The notes: generated from the letters alone by a model not told the origin. A DNA stretch of 64,000 bases from Verrucomicrobiales bacterium (GCA_038126035.1 JAYPEY010000005.1:60753-124752), one strand, 5' to 3'. Numbered from the stretch's first letter, positions 17,295 to 27,659 are shown. A program made the numbers and translations.

Positions 17295-19829
17295 ATGTTC
17301 GGAGTGATGGAGAAGTGGAGTCTTGGAATGGTTGCGGCGCTCCGAAGAGCGTCGACCTGCTTGTCGCTGCGTTTGCCTTGCTTGGTCGCATTGCTTTTGA
17401 CGTCGGGATTGTCCGTGAGCGCCAAGGATGTTCAGGACTTCCTGGTCAAATACTGCCACGACTGTCATGACTCGTCCGTTCAGAAGGGGGATCGGGAGTT
17501 TGAGAGCTTTCGGCTGCCGTTGGAGAAGCCCGAGGATCTGATTGCGGCCAAAGAGATCGTCGATCAGATCACCCTCAAGGAGATGCCTCCCAAGAAGTCG
17601 GATCAACCGACGGACGACGAGCGCCTTTTCCTGGTTCGTGAACTTCGCTCGGCCATCCGCGACGCGCGGGAGCGTCTCGGCGGGGGCGGCGGGCGCACGG
17701 TGATGCGACGCCTGTCAAATCGCGAATACGAGATCACGCTCGAAACCTTGTTTGGCCGGCGTCTGGACACCCTGGGCCTGACCGAGGAGTTCCCCAAGGA
17801 GAAGACCAGCCGCCACATGGACAATATCGGCGAGAGCCTGGTGACCTCCGGCTTCCTGCTGGACCAGTATTTCCAGGCGGCGGACCGGCTGGTGGAGTTG
17901 CGCCTGAACCGACCGGCCATGGAGCCGAAGTCCTGGCATTTCAAGGGCAACTTCCGGCAATACGAGGAACTGTCCGGCCCCCACAGGGCCGCCTTCAATT
18001 ATCGCCACCTCTGCATCTACGAGCAGCCCAACACCGACACGCGGCAGGGCGGCTACGGTCACATCGAGGACTTTCTCGAAGGCGTCCCTGTTTCCGGGCT
18101 CTACCAGGTCGCAGCGCTGGCGCAGGCGATGCATCGCGACACTCACTACGATCCGAAGATTCTCGGCATGGATTTCTCAGAGCCGTTTCTGCTGGGGATT
18201 GTGCCGGGCGATGTTCGCAAGGGACATATCCACTATCCGCAACGCGTCGAACCCCGGCTCGCGGATCCCGTGGCCCTGCCCGACGACGAACCGGAATGGC
18301 AGACCTTCCGCGTCTGGCTGGAAAAAGGCCAGACGCCGCGCTTCATCTTCCCGAACGGGGCCTACGAATCACGCGCCTCGGTCATCCAGCTCAACAAGCG
18401 CTACCAGGAGGAACTGGGTCGCAGAAAAAGCGGCGACGTCAGCCGCACGGAACTCCTGCGCAAGGGCAAGCTTCCGCACATCCGCATTTCAGAAATCAAG
18501 ATCCAGGGGCCCCTGCCCGAACCCGACGGCGGCGCCGAAGAGGTCAGTGTCTTTGGCGGCAAGGGGTTTCAGGAAGAACAGGCGGTGACGCAACTCCATG
18601 CCTTTGGCAGCCGGGCCTTTCGACGTCCTTTGACAAAAGCCGACAAGAACCGGATCCGCAAAACCTATGAACTCGGTCTTGCCGGGGAAGCGACGCCGAG
18701 GCAGGCCGCGTTGGACACGATCAAGATGATCCTGTGCTCCCCGTCCTTTCTATACCTGAGCGAGGTCACTCCGAAGGATGAAACGCGCCTGCGCCCCTAC
18801 GATCTGGCGGCCCGCCTTTCCTACGCCCTTTGGTCGGCTCCGCCGGATGAAGCCCTGTCGAGGTCGGCTGCCAGCGGCGCATTGGTCCGTGACGAGATTC
18901 TGCTGCAGCAGGTCGACCGGTTGCTCAAGGATTCCCGCTCGCAACGCTTTGTGGAGGGCTTTCTGGACAGTTGGCTCGGCCTCCGCGAACTGGGAAGCCA
19001 ACCGCCTCCCCGCCGGGCCGCGCGCGCCTACTATTCCGAGGACCTGCCCGCTTCCATGAAGGGCGAGGCGCGACTCTTCTTTGACCACCTCCTGCGATCC
19101 GACGGTCCCGTGACCGATTTTCTCGACGCCGACTACACCTTCGTCGACAAGAAACTGGCGAAGCACTACGGCCTGCCGGAGAGCGGGAAACTCCGTCTGG
19201 CGGACGGCTTTCAACGCGTCTCCCTTGCCGGGAACCAACGGCGCGGGGGCGTGCTCGGCATGGCCGGCGTGCTCACCGTCAGCGCCAACGGCGTGGACAC
19301 CTCCCCGGTCACACGCGGCGTCTGGATCGCGGAGAACATTCTCGGAACCCCTCCCCCGCCCCCGCCGGATGTGGTTCCCGCATTTGATACGGACGTGCGC
19401 GGCGCGACGACGCTTCGTGAGCGACTCAAGAAGCACAGCGATTCGCAGACCTGTCGCGAGTGTCATCGACGCATCGATCCGCTGGGTTTCCCGTTGGAGA
19501 ACTTCGGGCCGATCGGCCGTTGGCGCGACAGCTACCCACGACCGAACAGCAAGGCGCCCAAGCTCAAGGTCGATCCCGCGGGCGAGCTTCCGTCCGGCGA
19601 GAAATTCGGCGACTTCGAGGAATTCAAGAAGGTCCTGTCAACCCATCGCGACGGCCCCTTCACCCGCCACCTGATATCGCAGGTTCTCACCTACGCCACG
19701 GGGCGCCACATGGAGGCCCTCGATCAGTTCGAAATCGATGAGATTCTGGAAAAAGTCCGAAAGGAAGACCTCGGCCTTCGCTCCCTCATCCGCGTCTGCC
19801 TGACCAGCGAGATCTTCCGCTCCCGTTGA
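17295..19829 (+). CDS. DUF1592/DUF1588/DUF1585-type multidomain protein (second copy)
   Basis: The ORF is 17040..19829; its first 85 codons overlap the DUF1552 gene, so I prefer ATG 17295 (MFGVMEKWSLGMVAALRR...). Blocks: CHDCH haem motif (FLVKYCHDCHDSSVQKGDREF), SPSFLYLSE, SPVTRGVWIAENILG, PPPPPPDVVP, CRECHRRIDPLGFPLENF. Confidence 0.9.
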   Translation: MFGVMEKWSLGMVAALRRASTCLSLRLPCLVALLLTSGLSVSAKDVQDFLVKYCHDCHDSSVQKGDREFESFRLPLEKPEDLIAAKEIVDQITLKEMPPKKSDQPTDDERLFLVRELRSAIRDARERLGGGGGRTVMRRLSNREYEITLETLFGRRLDTLGLTEEFPKEKTSRHMDNIGESLVTSGFLLDQYFQAADRLVELRLNRPAMEPKSWHFKGNFRQYEELSGPHRAAFNYRHLCIYEQPNTDTRQGGYGHIEDFLEGVPVSGLYQVAALAQAMHRDTHYDPKILGMDFSEPFLLGIVPGDVRKGHIHYPQRVEPRLADPVALPDDEPEWQTFRVWLEKGQTPRFIFPNGAYESRASVIQLNKRYQEELGRRKSGDVSRTELLRKGKLPHIRISEIKIQGPLPEPDGGAEEVSVFGGKGFQEEQAVTQLHAFGSRAFRRPLTKADKNRIRKTYELGLAGEATPRQAALDTIKMILCSPSFLYLSEVTPKDETRLRPYDLAARLSYALWSAPPDEALSRSAASGALVRDEILLQQVDRLLKDSRSQRFVEGFLDSWLGLRELGSQPPPRRAARAYYSEDLPASMKGEARLFFDHLLRSDGPVTDFLDADYTFVDKKLAKHYGLPESGKLRLADGFQRVSLAGNQRRGGVLGMAGVLTVSANGVDTSPVTRGVWIAENILGTPPPPPPDVVPAFDTDVRGATTLRERLKKHSDSQTCRECHRRIDPLGFPLENFGPIGRWRDSYPRPNSKAPKLKVDPAGELPSGEKFGDFEEFKKVLSTHRDGPFTRHLISQVLTYATGRHMEALDQFEIDEILEKVRKEDLGLRSLIRVCLTSEIFRSR

Positions 19830-19936
19830 GCAATTCCCGGCCGCTTTCACTCATTTCGTGGCCGTAGTCCCGCGGGACTGCGCCGCGCCGGGCGCGACTC
19901 ATGAAATCGCGCGCCAGTCTGCCGCGTCGAACGATG

Positions 19937-19954
19937 CGCAACCTGAAGGTTGCG
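19937..19954 (+). terminator. candidate stem-loop between convergent genes
   Basis: CGCAACC-TGAA-GGTTGCG, a 7-bp stem followed by gctacagtgtttctt. A second palindrome, AGTCCCGCGGGACT, lies at 19866..19879. The U-tract is weak. Confidence 0.3.
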
Positions 19955-20012
19955 GCTACAGTGTTTCTTGAGCCTCTCTGGTCGCCGGAATTCGGGGGTG
20001 GCCGAGCCCGGA

Positions 20013-21389
20013 TCAGTCCCGCGCCAGATGCCAGTCGGCGCCGTCGACCATGACGCTCGCGTTGATCTTCAGCAGTTTGGCTTTAAGCCTGCGCAGAAGT
20101 TCCGGTTTTTCCGAGGCAAGATCCTTCGTCTGGCCCGGATCGTTCTTCAGGTCAAAGAGCTGGAAGTTGGTGTAGCCTCCCCCCTTGATCTTCGGAATCC
20201 ACGCTTCCTGGAACATGTTGTTCTTGGAGAGTTCGTAGTCGGCGTCCGCCAGGAGCGACCAGTTTCCGTCCCGCATGGCCACGATGCGGGGGGACTTTTG
20301 CAGATGCCAGAACAAGGGTTGATGTCGCACGAATGTCCCGGATTCGGGCAGGAGAAGGTTGGAAAGATCACTGCCGTCGAGGTGAACGCCCGCCGGCTTC
20401 GGCAGGTCGAGCAGTCCGCAGACGGTCGGCAGCACGTCCACCAGTCCGGCCGGCGTGTCCGACACGCGGTTGGCCGCCAGCTTCCCCGGCCAATGGAAGA
20501 TGCCGGGCACGCGGATGCCGCCTTCCCAGTTGCTGCCCTTGGATCCCTTCAGATTGCCGACCCGGTCCCTGCGATAGCTGCCATTGTCCGAGGCGTAGAT
20601 GATCAGCGTGTCTTCCGGCGCGGCGACCTCCCGCAACTTTGTCAACAGACGCCCGATCGCCCGGTCCTCGTTGTCGATCGTGCCGGAGTAGATGGCGCCC
20701 TTGTCCTTCAATCTGCCGTAGTCGGCCACGATGCTGTCAGGGGCGGCGATCGGGGCGTGCGGTTCGTGAAACCAGACGTTCAGGAAGAACGGCTTGTCCC
20801 GGTCGCGACCGCGGTCCAGCCAGTCGATGGCTTCGTCCACGACCAGTTGGCAGGAGTAGCCCTTCAACCCGCCCACGGGTTTGCCGTTGCGGATGAAATT
20901 GTCGGGATTCCTGTGGGATGGCGATGCGTTGTTGCCGGTGGCGAACCAATGGTCGAAGCCGTGTTGATCCGGCGTCGGCTTGTCAAACTTCCCACCGGGC
21001 AGGCCCAGATGCCATTTGCCGACGTGGGCGGTGGCGTAGCCGGCCTGTTTCAGGACCTCCGCCAGCGTTGTCTCACGAAGCAGCAGGTGCGAACGCTGGC
21101 TCGCGTCGTGAATCCAACTGTAGACGCCCGCGCGGATGTGATGCCGTCCGGTCATCAGAGTCGCCCGCGACGGGGAGCAGACCGCGCAACCCGAGTAGAA
21201 GGCGCTGAATCGCGTTCCGCCCGCGGCCAATCGGTCGAGATTCGGCGTCTGGACGGGGCCGCCGTAGCAACCGATGTCCTTCCAGCCGAGATCGTCGGAC
21301 AGCAGCATGACAACGTTCGGCCTGGCCGCCGTAGCCGTGGCGGTCGCAGCCAGCAGAACCATCGAAAGAAAAAGGATCGCGCGTTTCAT
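20013..21389 (-). CDS. sulfatase (arylsulfatase A family), secreted
   Basis: Signal peptide MKRAILFLSMVLLAATATATA. Blocks: RPNVVMLLSDDLGWKD, the C-x-P-x-R formylglycine signature in SGCAVCSPSRATLMTGR, and GKWHLG. Confidence 0.92.
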   Translation of the reverse strand: MKRAILFLSMVLLAATATATAARPNVVMLLSDDLGWKDIGCYGGPVQTPNLDRLAAGGTRFSAFYSGCAVCSPSRATLMTGRHHIRAGVYSWIHDASQRSHLLLRETTLAEVLKQAGYATAHVGKWHLGLPGGKFDKPTPDQHGFDHWFATGNNASPSHRNPDNFIRNGKPVGGLKGYSCQLVVDEAIDWLDRGRDRDKPFFLNVWFHEPHAPIAAPDSIVADYGRLKDKGAIYSGTIDNEDRAIGRLLTKLREVAAPEDTLIIYASDNGSYRRDRVGNLKGSKGSNWEGGIRVPGIFHWPGKLAANRVSDTPAGLVDVLPTVCGLLDLPKPAGVHLDGSDLSNLLLPESGTFVRHQPLFWHLQKSPRIVAMRDGNWSLLADADYELSKNNMFQEAWIPKIKGGGYTNFQLFDLKNDPGQTKDLASEKPELLRRLKAKLLKINASVMVDGADWHLARD

Positions 21390-21539
21390 GGGAGGATATT
21401 GGGAAAGCCCCGCGCCGAAGTCACCACCGCTTTTCCGGGCGGATCTGAGCGATTGAATGGGGGGGGAACTGGTTCAACCAAGAAAACGCGCGGCCCAATC
21501 GGGTGTGTCTCCCTCTCCGGAACGAACCGGATCCCCGCA

Positions 21540-21731
21540 ACGAAACTCGGCCAGAAATCGATGCGGCGACAGCGACTCAAACACAACGTGGCCGTCGCCA
21601 ACCTCGCTCTCATTCGCAACCTCAACCTCAAGCTGCTTCACTGGGACAACCAGTCCGACTGGTTGCCGGCCAAGCGCGAGCGGCTGGCAGCCGAGCCATC
21701 CTTGGCTTTGGAACTTCTGCTCCGCAAATGA
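21540..21731 (+). pseudogene. C-terminal remnant of a DDE transposase (ISAs1/IS4-like tail)
   Basis: The tail of the frame-0 translation, ...QRLKHNVAVANLALIRNLNLKLLHWDNQSDWLPAKRERLAAEPSLALELLLRK*, matches the remembered C-terminal consensus of ISAs1-type transposases (R.R.gNa.eNla.lRr.alnLLk....KR.raa.d..yl..lL). No upstream catalytic part is present. Confidence 0.4.
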
Positions 21732-22086
21732 TCCTCATAACCAAAAGCCCTGGCGCCTCCAGGTTGATCGCGGTGAGCTCGGGGAACTCATTAAGGCGTG
21801 CGAGGTCGGCGTCGTTGACGCCGGGTTTCTCCCCGGTCTGCCTGGTCAGGGCCTGATGATTGATCAGGATCAATCCGGTGATGTTGCCTTTCTCGTCTTT
21901 CCAGACTTCCGCCCGATGGACCTTGGCAGCCATTCGGGCGGCCAGGGCCTGTTGCTTCTCCGGCAGGAGTTGGCCGTGGGCGAGCAGCGGCAGGAGCGCA
22001 AGAAGGATGACGGCCATGGATCCAATGGCTCTGAACACGGCGTCATACATCTCCATTCGAAGCGGACTCTTTTCGATGGCTGTCAT
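21628..22086 (-). pseudogene. truncated leucine-rich-repeat (PVC-type) exported protein
   Basis: It has a signal-like segment (AIGSMAVILLALLPLLAHG) and one LRR-like unit (VNDADLARLNEFPELTAINLE). From about 21750 the translation turns into R/P/A-rich nonsense, next to the transposase remnant. Confidence 0.45.
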
Positions 22087-22167
22087 GTTCTATGCGTTTT
22101 GGGGCGTTCGGAATCTTGATCGATTTTGCGTCGTTCGCCTCTCTCCTCCGGGCGAACCGGGCAACTC

Positions 22168-25100
22168 TCAATTCCGGATGATTCTCAATCTGACAAAGCG
22201 TTGCGATCCTGCGCCTTTGGGAACGGTGGCGGTGACTGTTTGCACAGAGCCATTGTCGGATTCGACCGCCTCCGTTACCCCGGCGTTGCTCCAGGCGCCG
22301 GGTAGGGCGTCGCTCCAATCCGCCATGAAAGTCAGTTTCTCGGAAGCAGCCTCGACGTTTCTTGGAAACGTGAACTTCAGGTTGCGGCCGTCGATGCTGA
22401 ATTGGGCGGACATGCGCGTTGCGGATTTGGGGTCCTGCCCGGTGACGAACTCAAGCAGGTTGCTTTCGCCGTCCGAGTTCGGGTCGGCGTCATCCGCGGC
22501 GTTCCCTGAATTGCAGGCGGTTCCGAAATGCAGCATGCGCCAATCGCGCAGGGGATTGGATTCGATTCGGGTGAATGAAATCCTTGGCCGCGTGTCCAGC
22601 GGTTGAGTCTGCCCGCCCTCCGACATGGTCAGGGTCGCCCGATCGATGCTGTCCCGATTGGCCGCGGTGTTGAGGCGGATAAACACGAACTGACCGGCCC
22701 CCGCTCCGGAGGCGTATTGGGCGTTCAGGTAGTCGCGCAGGGCGCTGCTTCCGGAGGGCGAGGTGTTGATCAATCCCAACGGGGTTGCGTCGGTCAGGAT
22801 GTCGGTTTCAAGCAGAGTGGCGTCGGAAGCGTCCACAGCGCTCGTCTTGCCGTGGTAGTCGGAACCCAATACGGCAGGGCTGGCCCGGCGTCCGAGGCCG
22901 TAGAGATCGTTGGCGTGAAGAGTTCCCTGCTTGCCGGCATATTCGAAGGTGAGGGAAGCGGTGACAAAGGGGGCGGCGATCGGTCCCAGGTCGGGCAGTT
23001 GAAACACATAGATCGTGCAACGATCCACCCGGGGACTGCTGCCGACTGTCCCCAGCAGCGTCGTCGTTTTGGCCGCGTCAACGACCGCGAGGTTCTCCTT
23101 GATGCCGGCGTCCTGGGCGGCGGACAGAAGGAATTCGGTTGGTCCGGAGACGGTCAGGGTGAACGTCTCCTGCGTCACTGCGGCGCCGTCAGCCACGCTT
23201 ATGGTGACGCTGGCGATCCCGGTTTTTCCGGCGGCCGGTGAGAGTTGGATGGTTCGGTTCTTGCCGGAGCCGCCGAGGGCGACCCCGGACTGTGGCAACA
23301 GGAGGGTGTTTGATGACTGTGCGCTGACCTGCAGACTGTCGGGATCCGTGATGTCGTCGTCGATGACGAAGACCAGCGCCGGCAACGACGCGTCGCGAGT
23401 GATGGTTTGATCGTCAATTCGGGAGATTGTCGGGGCCTGATTCGCCAATGTCCGTGTGAAGGAGATTCTGGGCCGCGTGTCGGTCGGAGAGGTCTGTCCT
23501 CCTTCGGACATTGTGAGGGTTGCGCGGTCGATGGCGTCGCGTTTGCCTGCTGTGTTGAGGCGGAGAAAGACGTATTCACCGATGCCCGCCCCGGAGGCAT
23601 ACTGTGCATTGAGGTAATCGCGCAGGGCGCCTTGTCCTGCGGACGAAGGGCTGATCAATCCGAATGCGGTTCCGTCGTTCAGGATATTGCGTTGGAGCAG
23701 CGTGGCGTCGGTGGGGTCCAACGCGGTCGTCTGACCATGGTAGTCGCCGGCCACAACCGTGGGGCTGGATCGGCGCCCCAGGCCGTAGAGATCATTGGCC
23801 TGCAACGTTCCCGTCTTGGCGGAATAGTTGAAGGTGAAGGATACGGCCGCAAACGGCTCTGAAGTCGCGCCCAGGTCCGGCAGTTGGAACACAAACACCA
23901 CGCTGCGATCGATCCGTGGACTGTTGCCGCCCGTGCCTACGTAGGTGGTCGTCTTGGACGCATCCACGGGCGCCGGAGTCTCCTTGATGCCGGCGTCCGC
24001 GGTGGTGGACAGAATCAATTCGAGCGGACCGGTGACGCTGACGGAGAAATGTTCCTCCGTTGCTCTTGCTCCGTCGCTCACCCGGATCGAAACAATGCCG
24101 ACACCGGTCTGTCCGACCGCGGGTGTCACCTGGACAGTCCGATCTGCTCCGGAGCCGCCGAGGGTGATTCCCGATTCCGGCAGCAGGACCGGGTTCGACG
24201 AACGCGCGGTGACCTGTAGGCCTGCGACGGCTGTGCTGTCATCCCCGATGGTGAAGGCCAGCGCCGGCAGCGCGGTGTCGCGCGCAGTGGTCTGATTGGC
24301 GATCCCGGTGATGGTCGGAGCGAAATTGCCGGGCGTGGAAAAACTCCAGATGAGTCCCAGATTCACAGCGCCGCTGCCATCCACCTCATCGATCCGCCAG
24401 TAATAGCGCGTTCCCTCATGCAACGGGTGGGCGGGCGTGAATTGCGTCGTTGACTGCTGGCCGACATATTCCGGCGAAGCAGTGGTCGCGTCGCGCACGA
24501 CCGCGAAATCCGCTCCGAGATACACACGATGAGAAACGGCTCCGATGCCGGCGGTCCATTGCAGCGAGGTGGATTCGGCGACGTCGGTGAGTTCGTGCGC
24601 GGGCACAGGAAGAACAGCCTTCGCCGAAACCTGATAGTCGTAGACATGCAGCGGTGTGGGATCGCCCGCCGCGTTCGGCGATTCCTGTCCGTAGACCGAG
24701 AGGATCCGATCCGACTCCCAGCGTTCGTAGTCCAACTGTCCGTCGCCGCCTTCCGTGGCGTCGGACTGGATGTGGGCAACCGACCATGTCCATGCCGTTT
24801 GGGAAGCGTTGGGAACGCCTTTGGCCACCCTTATTCGCCCGCCCGACTTGTAGACCAGGAACAGGGTCCGATCATCATCGCCGGCCATTTTCGGACGGGA
24901 ACCGCTGAAGGGCAGGGCTTCGAACGACCATGCGCCCGCTGAGTTGCGCCAGTAGTGATGATAACGCGTGGAGGTCGTGCCCGACTCATGGTGGCTCACC
25001 ATCACGTGGATGCTGCCATCGTCATATTCATATTGGGTGTAGGCGTTGGACAGGCCGATGTTCTGCGGGATCGGGGCGACGAGCAGGCCCGAGGAATTGA

Positions 25101-26016
25101 TGGAGATGGACGAACTGCCGGCGTTGCCGATCACGGCCCCGGCGTTGTTACGCCAGGTGCGGCCGTGGTCGTCGCTGTAGGCGTAGTTCAGATCATGATT
25201 GTATTTCGCTCCGGCCGAACTCTCCCGCCAACCCCAGGAAGCATGCAGGCGATCGCCGCCGTAGGAGATTCCGTTGAGGTAAGGATTCCGGGTCGTGCTG
25301 TTGGACGACAACGCGCCGTTGTAGGTTCCGCTGCGCGAAATGAACTGCCCCAGGCCCGCGGTTCAGTTGTGGGTCGAACCGTCGTACTCGTAGATGATTC
25401 CGTCGCCGCTGCCCGATCCGCCGTTGCGGTAATAAAACAAGAGGTTGCCGTTGGGCGCCGGAACGAACGTCGGATAGGTGAGATCCTTGATCGCCCCGAG
25501 CGGACCCAACGTGTCCGTGACCGAACTGAACAAACTGGTCGACCAGGCAACCGATTCCGGATTCGAAGCGACCCCGATACTGGAGACCCGGTAGTGCAGC
25601 GGGTCCTTGTGGTGATCGAAGGCAAGGTGAATGGTCCCATCCAGCGCGCAGATCCCGAGCGTCGCGGTGTTGTGCGAATCGTTGTTCGTGATCGTGTAGT
25701 CGGCAAACCGGATGATCTCCCAGTTGCCAGTCGGCAGCTTGCGGCGGCCGAGAGCCACGTTTCGGTTGCTGTCGTAGTAGGTGATGTACTGGTAGCCCCG
25801 AAAAGTCGAGATGGGGAAACGCTGGTGCGTCCGCCCGTTGACGTTCTGGCCGAAATTGACGTCGGCGGCCGCGAAGTTCAGGGCGGAGGCGTCGACCGTG
25901 GTGTCCTGCAACACATTCAACTCGGCGGCCGAAAGCGGGGCGCACAACAAAAACGGCAGGAGTCGGCTCCATCGTAGAACCGACGCCAATTTGTTGCGTC
26001 TCGCGCCAGCTGTCAT
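22168..26016 (-). pseudogene. giant secreted BNR_4-like beta-propeller protein with tandem 290-aa modules; interrupted by one in-frame TGA (25363..25365)
   Basis: ORFs 25363..26016 and 22168..25311 are in the same frame and are separated only by TGA plus 17 sense codons (...YEYDGSTHN*TAGLGQFISRSGTYNGALSSNSTT...). The 'M' at 25311 is an internal TTG. The propeller blocks span the stop (YQYITYYD, HLAFDHH, LLFYYRNGGSGSGD | RLHASWGWRE, Asp-box YSDDHGRTW). The C-terminus has DADPNSDGESNLLEFVTGQDP and the tail ...QRFVRLRIIRN. Confidence 0.8.
22567..24324 (-). repeat. tandem duplication of a ~870-nt (about 290-aa) module inside the BNR gene
   Basis: Unit 1 is 23452..24324 (APTITGIANQTT...RPRISFTR). 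Unit 2 is 22567..23436 (APTISRIDDQTI...RPRISFTR). They are collinear over the full length, with shared blocks VFQLPDLG, ANDLYGLGRR, LRDYLNAQYASGAG and IDRATLTMSEGGQT. Confidence 0.85.
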
Positions 26017-26145
26017 GTCCCGAACACTTCCTTCTTCAAGTTTTGCATGTCAATCCCATACCCCGTGATGGAATATCCGGGCTGGAAACCGGACGACCTC
26101 GAAAAGGCGGCCCGATCAGGCCCGAGAACGAAAATTACAACACCC

Positions 26146-27531
26146 ATGAAATTCAGCGTCTTCAAAAGCTTCGCCATCTTGCTGAGCAGTTGCATGTGCG
26201 GCTCCATTGCCGACAGCGCTTCAGCCAAGAAGAAGCTCAAGGTTTTCATTCTGGCCGGGCAATCCAACACGGTCGGGCACGCTCGAGGCCACACGATCGC
26301 GACCCTGTACAAATCCGACAAACCGGGAGACCGGGCACTGATTGAGATGGTGTTCGGGGACGCTGATATCGGCGCCGCAATTGATGAACAGCTTGTCAGG
26401 GCTCGAAAGATCGATGAACTGAGCGGCGGCATCTCCATGGACAAGATCAAGGAGATGGCTGACGGCCCCGAGAAGAAGGCGCTGCAGGCGCGGGTCGACA
26501 AGCTGTTGGAGGCGCACAATGCCTACAAACAGTCTGTCATCGACGCCTGTGCGGTCTCCGATCGCGTCCATATCTCCTCGATCGCCGATCGCAACGTCCG
26601 GGACGGCAGGCTCGGTGTCGGTTACGGCGCCGACAAACTCAAGATCGGCACGGAATACGGCTTTGGGCTGCGGATCGCCGAGAAAGTTGACGGTCCGATT
26701 CTGCTGATCAAGACCTCGTGGGGCGGCAAGTCGATCATGTACGACTTCCGTCCGCCGTCCGCGGTCGATTTCAAAACCACCAAGGCCTATGCCGACGCGA
26801 AAGTGAAAGCCGCGGAAAACGAGAAACGCTACGAGGAAGCCGTGAAGAACTTCCCTGAAGCAGAGAGGAAGTACGCCTCAGATCTGGCCGCCTACAAGGA
26901 GAGAATAAAAACGGCGGACGAGAAGGCGAAGAAGAAACTCCGGGAACCGCGTAAGCCCAAACTGCGGCGCAAGCCCAAGCCGTCGATGGACGACGCGGGG
27001 CGCTTTTGGCGCGAGATGGTGGCTCACGTCAATGAAGTCCTTGCGGATCCGGGCAGGTATCATCCCGCCTACGACGCGGCGGCGGGATTCGAGGTCGCCG
27101 GCTTCGTCTGGTTCCAGGGCTTCAACGATCAGTTCAATCCCGAGTATCGGAGCAATTATGCCGAGAACATGCGCCTGTTCATCAACGACATCCGCGAAGA
27201 GTTGAAGGCGCCGAAGATGCCGTTTGTGATCGGCGTGCTGGGAACGCCGATGACGAAGGAGAAGGTCGACGAGAACGAAGTGTCGCAGGCTCAGCGCAGG
27301 GCGGCGCAGTTTCCTGAGTTCGCGGGGAACGTCCGGGCGGTCGAAAGCTACACGCAGTATTCCCACTACTCGCACGAGGTTTTCCAGAAGGGCTGGCCGG
27401 CCCACTATCACGAATGGAGCACGGTCGGCAGCGACCGGCCGTACCACTATCTCGGCAGCGGCGCCTTCTTCGTCAGGCTTGGAAACTCCTTTGCCGAGAA
27501 CATGGCCGAGTTGATGGGGGCGGGGAAGTAA
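26146..27531 (+). CDS. sialate O-acetylesterase-like (SASA/DUF303) carbohydrate esterase, secreted
   Basis: I prefer ATG 26146 (MKFSVFKSFAILLSSCMCGS...). Blocks: LKVFILAGQSNTVGH, LLIKTSWGGKSI, GFVWFQGFNDQ. It carries a K/E-rich insertion (KAAENEKRYEEAVKNFPEAERKY...KKKLREPRKPKLRRKPKP). Confidence 0.85.
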   Translation: MKFSVFKSFAILLSSCMCGSIADSASAKKKLKVFILAGQSNTVGHARGHTIATLYKSDKPGDRALIEMVFGDADIGAAIDEQLVRARKIDELSGGISMDKIKEMADGPEKKALQARVDKLLEAHNAYKQSVIDACAVSDRVHISSIADRNVRDGRLGVGYGADKLKIGTEYGFGLRIAEKVDGPILLIKTSWGGKSIMYDFRPPSAVDFKTTKAYADAKVKAAENEKRYEEAVKNFPEAERKYASDLAAYKERIKTADEKAKKKLREPRKPKLRRKPKPSMDDAGRFWREMVAHVNEVLADPGRYHPAYDAAAGFEVAGFVWFQGFNDQFNPEYRSNYAENMRLFINDIREELKAPKMPFVIGVLGTPMTKEKVDENEVSQAQRRAAQFPEFAGNVRAVESYTQYSHYSHEVFQKGWPAHYHEWSTVGSDRPYHYLGSGAFFVRLGNSFAENMAELMGAGK

Positions 27532-27583
27532 CGGTTGCGAAGACTCTTGCGATCTGCGGTTGGCCCCTTCAGTACAAAAAAAT

Positions 27584-27659
<76 letters not shown>

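Noticed and set aside
19950-21731. 593-aa + ORF across the sulfatase locus
   Set aside because: It is antisense to a sulfatase with all signature motifs, and the translation is R/G/V-rich low-information text. Only its last ~55 codons, beyond the sulfatase gene, look meaningful; I report those as a transposase remnant.
25363-25365. The in-frame TGA as a selenocysteine codon
   Set aside because: I found no convincing SECIS-like stem-loop in the ~50 nt downstream. The context (HN_T in a beta-propeller strand) fits Trp, and there are no selenoprotein-associated genes in the window. I keep it as nonsense mutation, error or readthrough.
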